From the NCBI GenBank assembly GCA_020434915.1, contig JAGQZL010000001.1, positions 1 through 32,460 of the forward strand: DNA of 32,460 bases, in the 5' to 3' direction. Source of the stretch: Allomuricauda sp. Lineage in GTDB: Bacteria; Bacteroidota; Bacteroidia; Flavobacteriales; Flavobacteriaceae. A program made the translations under genes and the position numbers. Below, in pieces: positions 26,049 through 32,460 of the stretch. How positions within the stretch are numbered: the stretch's first letter is position 1; the number at the start of each line of letters is the position of its first letter. Below the pieces are notes generated by a model, which saw only the letters and a list, made by a program, of their open reading frames with translations, did no database searches and was not told the origin of the DNA.

Positions 26049-26749
26049 GTACTGAAAATCCAATAGATACCGATCACCAAAGCAAAAAGTCCCCCCGCAA
26101 AACGGATACCATTGAAGAAAATCTCATTGTGGCCATTTTTAACCAAGGACGATATTTTCCCAATCACAAAGGCAAACGTAACCATGGCCACCACAATACC
26201 CATAGCAAACCCTATAATATAGGCCATAGAATCAGACTGGGTTTCAAAGCCCAAAACGGGCAAGAACAACAAAAAATGGGAAATACCAGCCAAACCGTGT
26301 AAAATTCCAATGGAGAATGATGCCAAATTGTTCTGCTTTAATTTTTCCGGATGTTTGTGATGATGAGTACTGTTATGGTCATGTTGGTGTTCATGGGAAT
26401 GAATCACGGGTGCATCCTCAGCATGGACATGCAAATGCTTGTGTTTTTTCTTCTTTTTGAAAATCCTGTAAAAAGACCAAATGCCGATTCCTACCAACAC
26501 AACACCTACCAATTGTTCACTGTACTGCGAAATTGCATCTACCGGAATTATTTCCTTAAAAAGCGCAAACAACAATCCGATGGCAACCATGCCCACCAAG
26601 TGGCCAACTCCCCAAAACAAACCGATTTTCCAAGCTTTTCTTTTGGATTCAATAGCAAAAGGCGCTACTGCCGCCAAATGGTCCGGACCAGCTATAACAT
26701 GAAGGATGGAGGCGATTAGGCCTGCGGCCAATGGGAAGGTTGTTTCCAT
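26045..26749 (-). CDS. Nickel transporter (UreH/SodT/NiCoT-related)
   Basis: HVIAGPDHLAAV, WGVGH, His-rich central loop, GILHGLAG; about six TM segments; adjacent to hyp genes. Confidence 0.8.
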   Translation of the reverse strand: METTFPLAAGLIASILHVIAGPDHLAAVAPFAIESKRKAWKIGLFWGVGHLVGMVAIGLLFALFKEIIPVDAISQYSEQLVGVVLVGIGIWSFYRIFKKKKKHKHLHVHAEDAPVIHSHEHQHDHNSTHHHKHPEKLKQNNLASFSIGILHGLAGISHFLLFLPVLGFETQSDSMAYIIGFAMGIVVAMVTFAFVIGKISSLVKNGHNEIFFNGIRFAGGLFALVIGIYWIFST

Positions 26750-26784
26750 TAATTTTCAATGCGGTATTCTCACCCTTAAATTTA

Positions 26785-26792
26785 CAAATTTA
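26785..26792 (-). promoter_or_regulatory. Bacteroidota -7 promoter box for the nickel transporter
   Basis: TAAATTTG on the minus strand, exact TAnnTTTG match, 35 nt upstream of the ATG. Confidence 0.55.
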
Positions 26793-26867
26793 TGGGCTTT
26801 CCAATATCAAAACCAATCCTATAAATCGTGGCTAAACAACAAATCCGTTGCGTTTCAGAAGTTGACG

Positions 26868-26892
26868 AAAGACACAAAAACCTTGTGCCTTT
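26868..26892 (-). terminator. Hairpin immediately after the fucosidase stop
   Basis: Minus strand AAAGGCACAA-GGTTT-TTGTGTCTTT (one G-U pair); short U tail. Confidence 0.5.
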
Positions 26893-28347
26893 TTAATAAA
26901 CTTCCACATTGGAAATCACCGGACAGCCAAGAGCTGTGGTAATAGCAACCTTTATTTTTGAGGTTTTGACACTGTTCAATGGCAAAATACGCTTATATCC
27001 AATTGTTGTTTCATTGGCCACTTTCTTCCATCCATCATTTTGCCAAACCAAAACATCAAAGGCCTGGACACGTTGCCCTAGGGATATGTATTCCTGAAGC
27101 ACCAAATAGTTCAAGGTTTGGGTAGCTCCCATATCTATTTCAAAGGAGGCTTGGGTAACCCCATCATCCAAGGCCCAATAGGTATCCGCATTGCCATCTA
27201 TCATGTTCGTAGGTGCATAGGTTGGATTAGTGCCCCTATGAGCATCTGCCATTATCTTGGATTCCTTCGCATAATCTTTTTTTTTTTTTTTTTTCAATAT
27301 AAATCTAAATACTAACAGTGCTGCGACATCTTTCTCATGGAAGAGTCCTTTTTGATCAGGAGGAATGTTCAACAACAGGTTGGAGCCTCTACCCACCGAG
27401 GTCAAATACAATTGGAATAGATTTTCGGATGACCGTACCAGTGAATCCTGTGCAGTATGATAAAACCAGCCTGGCCTTATGGACACATCCACCTCGGCGG
27501 GTATCCATTTACTACCTCCTGGCGTCCCGCTTTGCAACAAATCTTCAATTGCGGATTTTCCGGCATACAATGTATCGGGTGTGATAGTATTCCAGTTGGT
27601 CTTCCCTGCCACGCCCCTTTCATTGCCCACCCAACGCAAATCGGGTCCGGCATCACTAAAAAACAACACAGGAGGTTGCATGGAATCCACCATTTTTAAG
27701 GTGGTTGGCCAATCGTAGTAATGTTGTCTGTCTATGGTCCTCTTTTCGTTGGCGCCGCCATAATATCCATCACCTCCGTTGGCCCCATCGAACCACATTT
27801 CGAAGACAGGTCCATAGTTGGTGAACAGTTCTTCAAGTTGTTTTCGATAATAGTCCACATAAGATGATGTTCCATAATCTGCCCTATTCCGGTCCCATGG
27901 GGAAAGGTAAACCCCAAACTTGAGTCCATATTTTTGGGCTGCATCCGAAACTTCTTTTACCACATCTCCCTTGCCATCCATAAAGGGGCTGTTCTTTACG
28001 GAATGCTCCGTGTATGCAGATGGCCACAAAACGAAACCGTCATGGTGCTTTGCTGTAAGGATGATTCCTTTGAAACCCGCTTCCTGCAACGTCTGCAACC
28101 ATTGATCGGCATTAAATTCCGTTGGATTGAAAAGCTGGGGAGATTCGTCCCCATACCCCCATTCCTTGTCGGTAAAGGTGTTGATACTAAAATGTACAAA
28201 CGCATTGAGTTCCATTTTATGCCAGGCAAGCTGTTCACTGGAAGGAACCGGTCCCACGGGTTGGGGTGGCAACACTTCACTTTCTTTCTTGCAGGATACG
28301 ATTGACAAAACAAGTGTGATACTAAGGAGGTGAAGTAGTTTATTCAT
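26893..28347 (-). CDS. GH29 alpha-L-fucosidase lipoprotein with C-terminal F5/8-type (CBM32-like) domain
   Basis: Lipobox IVS|C; FVHFSINTF, KHHDGF, YLSPWDRN, WFDGA nucleophile motif, RWVGNERG, RPGWFYH. Confidence 0.93.
   Translation of the reverse strand: MNKLLHLLSITLVLSIVSCKKESEVLPPQPVGPVPSSEQLAWHKMELNAFVHFSINTFTDKEWGYGDESPQLFNPTEFNADQWLQTLQEAGFKGIILTAKHHDGFVLWPSAYTEHSVKNSPFMDGKGDVVKEVSDAAQKYGLKFGVYLSPWDRNRADYGTSSYVDYYRKQLEELFTNYGPVFEMWFDGANGGDGYYGGANEKRTIDRQHYYDWPTTLKMVDSMQPPVLFFSDAGPDLRWVGNERGVAGKTNWNTITPDTLYAGKSAIEDLLQSGTPGGSKWIPAEVDVSIRPGWFYHTAQDSLVRSSENLFQLYLTSVGRGSNLLLNIPPDQKGLFHEKDVAALLVFRFILKKKKKKDYAKESKIMADAHRGTNPTYAPTNMIDGNADTYWALDDGVTQASFEIDMGATQTLNYLVLQEYISLGQRVQAFDVLVWQNDGWKKVANETTIGYKRILPLNSVKTSKIKVAITTALGCPVISNVEVY
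27277..27294. repeat. T18 homopolymer (A18 on coding strand; six Lys codons)
   Basis: Direct count of 18 T; frame preserved. Confidence 0.95.
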
Positions 28348-28391
28348 TTTAACGTGGTTTTGCATTAGACAAACGAGTTGGAAAGCTATAT

Positions 28392-28425
28392 AAAAAAGTA
28401 AAGGAAGATTAAATCTTCCTTTACT
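28392..28425 (-). terminator. Intrinsic terminator after susD-like gene
   Basis: AGTAAAGGAAGATT-A-AATCTTCCTTTACT inverted repeat followed by a T run on the minus strand. Confidence 0.8.
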
Positions 28426-28499
28426 AAAATCAACTCGAATTAAACTAACTTAAAATTATGAAATAATCCAACAGAACAATTTCATCTGAATTTGTTTCC

Positions 28500-30215
28500 T
28501 TATTGGGCAAACCACAAAATGGTTCCCTGAACATCGTCACCTTGCACAGATACGGCTGCCTGGGTATTCTCACCATTTGTGTTGTAGGCCGCGGAACCGT
28601 ATCTCATTCTTTGAGGATAGGCACCGTTCAGTGTTCCTGCGCTATACAGGTCATAGTCGGAAACACCTTGGGCCAATTCCGTTGGGTATCCGCTGTCCCT
28701 AACAATGGCCCATGCCTCGGAACCATCTGTAAACGCAGCTATCCAACGTTGAATGCTGATCTTTTCAAGGTTTTCGTCAGTAGTCCCATTCAAAAGCGCC
28801 ATATCCTCGGTGGATATGAAGGTTTCGATATCGCCAGCATCCACACCCCAAATCTTCATGGCTTGTCTGATGCCTTCTTGATACAAGGTCTGGGCATCAC
28901 CTGCTGCCAAACCTTTTACAATGGCCTCTGCCTGTAAGAAGTTACCTTCGGCTGCGGTAAAGACAATTTCAGGAAAGATATCCTTTCCTTGGTTTTTTGC
29001 ATTGATGATCAATTCCGCAGGTCTTGAGAAAAGGGCTTCCTTTACATGGGTATAGATCAGACCATTTAAACGGCTAGGCTGACCTACGTAGTAAGGGGTG
29101 TCCGTAGCCACATCAAGGGTCACCGTTGCCAATCCATCGCCATTGGTGCCATCGGTTCTGGTGTAGCTTACACCGGCATTGTCCAATTGCTCAAGAATGA
29201 AATCTACATGCTTGTCAAATAGTGCAACTCCCTCACCTTCCACTGGTTCTGTAAAAACAACTTCTCCACCATCAATGGGTTGCGCATACATAGCCAATCT
29301 GGGGTCGTTGTTGTTTCTCAAATAGTCAACCAAAGTCTTACCAACTGTCCAGTTGGAACCTGTTCCGAAGTTGTGCCATACATCGCCATAGGCCGCATTG
29401 GACCATTGGGATATCTCGGTATCCTTCTCCATTAATGCATTGTCAGTTTCAGCAACCAACAAATCCGCTGCCAGTGCTTCCGTAATGGCGGCAGTTGCAA
29501 ACTCAGCACCAGGTGCTCCTTGGGCCCTCAATGCCATTCTTAACTTAAGGGTATTGGCCAATTTCTTCCACTGCTGTAGATCACCATTGAAGAAAAGATC
29601 GTTTTCAGCCAAAAGTTCCACACCTTCGCCAGTTTCAGTGGCATCGCCAATAATGGCCATAGCTTCATCCAATTCATCAATAACCCCGGCATAAATGGTT
29701 GCTTGGGAGTCATAGGCAGGCGTAATGATTTCAGGATCTAATGCCTCAGAATAAGGAACCATTCCAAAGACATCGGTATAGGTCTGATAATACAATCCTT
29801 TCATGATCAATCCGATGGCATAATAGTTTTGGTTTTCCAGTTCCCCACCTTCCTTTACAAAGTTCATAAATGCACTCAGGCTGGTTACATAGCCGGCCAA
29901 ATAGTCATAAGCGGCATCCGTATATCCTGAATTGTAGCTATAGGAAAGGCCATCGTTCCACCAGCTTCCATTAAACCCGAAACAGAATTGGCCTGCAAAA
30001 CGGTCCCAGTGGATCAATTGTGCCCTCCAGTATGGGTATCTGTTAGGCGCATATAACTGTATCTGTGTCTCTGTAACAAAATACTTGGCACTGACCTCAT
30101 CCGATGTAAAAGCATTGGGCTTTACGTTGATTTCGTCAAAATCAGAACAACTTATTGCGAACAATAGGGTGGCAATGGCCAATCCTATTTTCATTATTTC
30201 TTTTCTCATTATCAT
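28500..30215 (-). CDS. SusD/RagB-family nutrient-binding lipoprotein
   Basis: Lipobox AIS|C; TDVFGMVPYSEA, WKKLANTLKLRMALR, DPRL, QRWIA, PQRMRY; directly follows SusC. Confidence 0.93.
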   Translation of the reverse strand: MIMRKEIMKIGLAIATLLFAISCSDFDEINVKPNAFTSDEVSAKYFVTETQIQLYAPNRYPYWRAQLIHWDRFAGQFCFGFNGSWWNDGLSYSYNSGYTDAAYDYLAGYVTSLSAFMNFVKEGGELENQNYYAIGLIMKGLYYQTYTDVFGMVPYSEALDPEIITPAYDSQATIYAGVIDELDEAMAIIGDATETGEGVELLAENDLFFNGDLQQWKKLANTLKLRMALRAQGAPGAEFATAAITEALAADLLVAETDNALMEKDTEISQWSNAAYGDVWHNFGTGSNWTVGKTLVDYLRNNNDPRLAMYAQPIDGGEVVFTEPVEGEGVALFDKHVDFILEQLDNAGVSYTRTDGTNGDGLATVTLDVATDTPYYVGQPSRLNGLIYTHVKEALFSRPAELIINAKNQGKDIFPEIVFTAAEGNFLQAEAIVKGLAAGDAQTLYQEGIRQAMKIWGVDAGDIETFISTEDMALLNGTTDENLEKISIQRWIAAFTDGSEAWAIVRDSGYPTELAQGVSDYDLYSAGTLNGAYPQRMRYGSAAYNTNGENTQAAVSVQGDDVQGTILWFAQ

Positions 30216-30219
30216 TTTT

Positions 30220-32460
30220 TTATAGTTTCAGGTTAAGGTTCAACCCAAGGCTTCTAACCGTGGGGACGTTGTTGATGGAAATACCCTGTCCGTTCAATCC
30301 AGTACCCAAAGTGGCATCTGGATCAATATCTTTTGCTTTTTTGTAGAAGAAGAACATGTTCCTTCCTATGACTCCCAGCGAAGCTGAATTAAGTCCAATC
30401 TTCTGTACCAAGTCCCTACTAAAGTTATAGGTAAATGAAAATTCCCTCAATCTAATATTGGTCTGTTCGTACACATAGTTTTCTGCAATTCCGGACATGG
30501 CACCCCAATATTCCTGGGCCGTGATGCTTTCCGTATTGGCAACCCCGGTGTCTGTATTTATGGCATCTACCACGATACCTCCATCCCTGTATTGCAAACT
30601 TCTTTCAGATACACCGGATCCGTCCAAACTGGCCGAGGTTACGGAATAAATCTCGCCTCCAATACGACCATCGATCAAAAAGCGTAAGGATAGATTTTTA
30701 TAGGATAAGGTATTGGTAAGACCTCCGATCCAATCTGGCTGTGCATTACCCAAAAGTTCCCTTTCGGAAGAGGCCAATGGAATACCTTCTGCATTCACCA
30801 ATCTGTTTCCCGCCTCATCTGTGTCCCAAACGGTACCATAGATGTCACCGATACCACCTCCAACATTGGCGGCAATGGCCACATTTCCAGAGTTAGTGGT
30901 ATTAAGAATGGTTCCGTCCAATCCTTCGATCAGCGAATTGACCGTGTTCTTGTTCTTTGAGAAGTTAAAGGAAACATCCCAAGTGAAATCATCCGTTCTG
31001 ATAGGCACACCACCAATCAAGAATTCCACACCTTTGTTCTGCACCTCACCAATATTCGTCTTGAAGTAATTGTACCCGGTTGCTGCAGCAACAGGTAGAT
31101 CATAAATCATATCATTGGTGGTAATCTTGTACACAGAAAGGTCAAAATACAAGCGATTCCCAAACAATCGACCTTCTGCACCAAACTCCAAAGATTTAAC
31201 ACTTTCTGGCTTTAGATCTTCATTGTACCTGATATCCGGGGCACTCAATGTGGTCAATCCCAAATATCCTTGTTGTGGTACATCAAAAGTTTGATAGAGC
31301 TGATACACACCGGTATCGTTACCTACTTCCGCCCAGCTGGTCCTCAACTTAAAGAGGTCCACTACATTCTTTTCAGGATCGATAAACCTATCCAAAAGAA
31401 CTGCATAACTCACGGATGGGTAAAAGTAGGAACGATTGTTATCTGCCAAAGTGGAAGACCAATCGTTTCTGGCGGTCAAATCCAAGTACATGAAATTGTC
31501 ATACCCAACGGATACAGATCCATAAAGAGAGTTCACTTTCTTGACCTCCATGGGTGTATGTGTACTTGACTGAATATTGGTGTTGGCCAACAAAGCCCTT
31601 GTTGGAATCTTAAACTGAGATCCTACAACACCCATTCTTTCTGCTGTACGCTTGGACAAGTTACCACCAACATTTGCAGTTAAATTGATTTTCTCGGTAA
31701 TATCCTTTGCTGCGGTAATCAAAAAGTCAGAGTTCATTTCACTGAATTTGTCAGTTCTGAACTCCACGCGTCCATATCTGTTGAAATGATGTCCTACAGG
31801 GTTGATATTATCCGTTCTAACATTGGTAATATCCCCACCTACCCTAATAAAGGCTGACAACCAATCGGTAAATTCATAATTGACCTTACCGAAACCGATG
31901 AAACGGTCACGTCTTTGATCATTGGTATCCTCATACTGGATCCAATAAGGGTTACCAATACTTTTACCACTACCAGAATAGCTTATTACATCGTAATCAC
32001 TAAGACCGCTGGTTGGGTCGTACAATGACGGGTTGGCAATTTGATAGGTCTTCAAATCGTTCACATCCACACTTCTTGGCATGTAGTACACATAACCCAA
32101 AACACCTTCCGATCCCAAGTTGACCCTGTTGTTCAACTCTTGGGTAAAGTAGGTGGCCTTCGCATCAAAACTCAATTTATCAGATACATCCACCAACGTT
32201 CTCAAGTTGAAGTTATGGCTTTGCAATTTAGAATTGGGTATGATGGAAGTTGTATAGTTGTTGGTATAGGAGAAACGCATACTATAGTTGTCACCCCCTT
32301 TATCCAAGGACACCGAGTTGATGAGTTTCTCACCTGTTTCAAAGAAATCTTCCACATTGTTGGGTTGGGCCACATAGGCTCTGTCTTCCCCAGTGAAGTA
32401 AAGTTGTTGGGATCCATCCAATCTGGAACCCCATGAAGCGGTTCCCATACCATCCAAATC
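30220..32460 (-). CDS. SusC/RagA-family TonB-dependent transporter (5' truncated by window)
   Basis: RNDWSSTL, YFYPSVS, LKPE, NIGEVQNKGVE, LGNAQPDWIGG and C-terminal beta strand; frame open at window edge. Confidence 0.95.
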   Translation of the reverse strand, partial: DLDGMGTASWGSRLDGSQQLYFTGEDRAYVAQPNNVEDFFETGEKLINSVSLDKGGDNYSMRFSYTNNYTTSIIPNSKLQSHNFNLRTLVDVSDKLSFDAKATYFTQELNNRVNLGSEGVLGYVYYMPRSVDVNDLKTYQIANPSLYDPTSGLSDYDVISYSGSGKSIGNPYWIQYEDTNDQRRDRFIGFGKVNYEFTDWLSAFIRVGGDITNVRTDNINPVGHHFNRYGRVEFRTDKFSEMNSDFLITAAKDITEKINLTANVGGNLSKRTAERMGVVGSQFKIPTRALLANTNIQSSTHTPMEVKKVNSLYGSVSVGYDNFMYLDLTARNDWSSTLADNNRSYFYPSVSYAVLLDRFIDPEKNVVDLFKLRTSWAEVGNDTGVYQLYQTFDVPQQGYLGLTTLSAPDIRYNEDLKPESVKSLEFGAEGRLFGNRLYFDLSVYKITTNDMIYDLPVAAATGYNYFKTNIGEVQNKGVEFLIGGVPIRTDDFTWDVSFNFSKNKNTVNSLIEGLDGTILNTTNSGNVAIAANVGGGIGDIYGTVWDTDEAGNRLVNAEGIPLASSERELLGNAQPDWIGGLTNTLSYKNLSLRFLIDGRIGGEIYSVTSASLDGSGVSERSLQYRDGGIVVDAINTDTGVANTESITAQEYWGAMSGIAENYVYEQTNIRLREFSFTYNFSRDLVQKIGLNSASLGVIGRNMFFFYKKAKDIDPDATLGTGLNGQGISINNVPTVRSLGLNLNLKL

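Noticed and set aside
10820..26892. Hydrogenase/sulfur block as a mobile genomic island
   Set aside because: No integrase, transposase, tRNA or flanking direct repeats seen; horizontal origin cannot be supported from this window

Overview
Bacteroidota window, most likely Flavobacteriaceae (SusC/SusD pair, DUF5777 barrel, TAnnTTTG-type promoters). It has five blocks. (1) An uncharacterised minus-strand operon: YHS, LysE-like, DinB, NRDE and an ATP-grasp ligase. (2) A membrane-anchored Cache-LytTR one-component regulator divergent from an envelope haem operon: duplicated repeat lipoprotein, haem-binding/cytochrome P460 fusion, c-type cytochrome lipoprotein, OB-fold, YceI, DUF5777 barrel and hotdog-fold protein. 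(3) sqr-tusE-dsrE sulfur genes. (4) A membrane-bound [NiFe] uptake hydrogenase with the 6-Cys O2-tolerance signature, all six hyp genes, a nickel transporter, and a divergent Aat-like gene plus a TPR gene appended to hypABC. (5) The edge of a polysaccharide utilisation locus (SusC, SusD, GH29 fucosidase). The strongest non-obvious signal is a TGAC-N4-GTCA palindrome lying exactly 22 nt from a -7-like box in front of sqr, hyaA and hypA, which suggests one H2 + sulfide regulon in a nominally heterotrophic lineage. Family calls come from motif recognition only; no database search was run. No RNA genes, CRISPR or mobile elements were seen.
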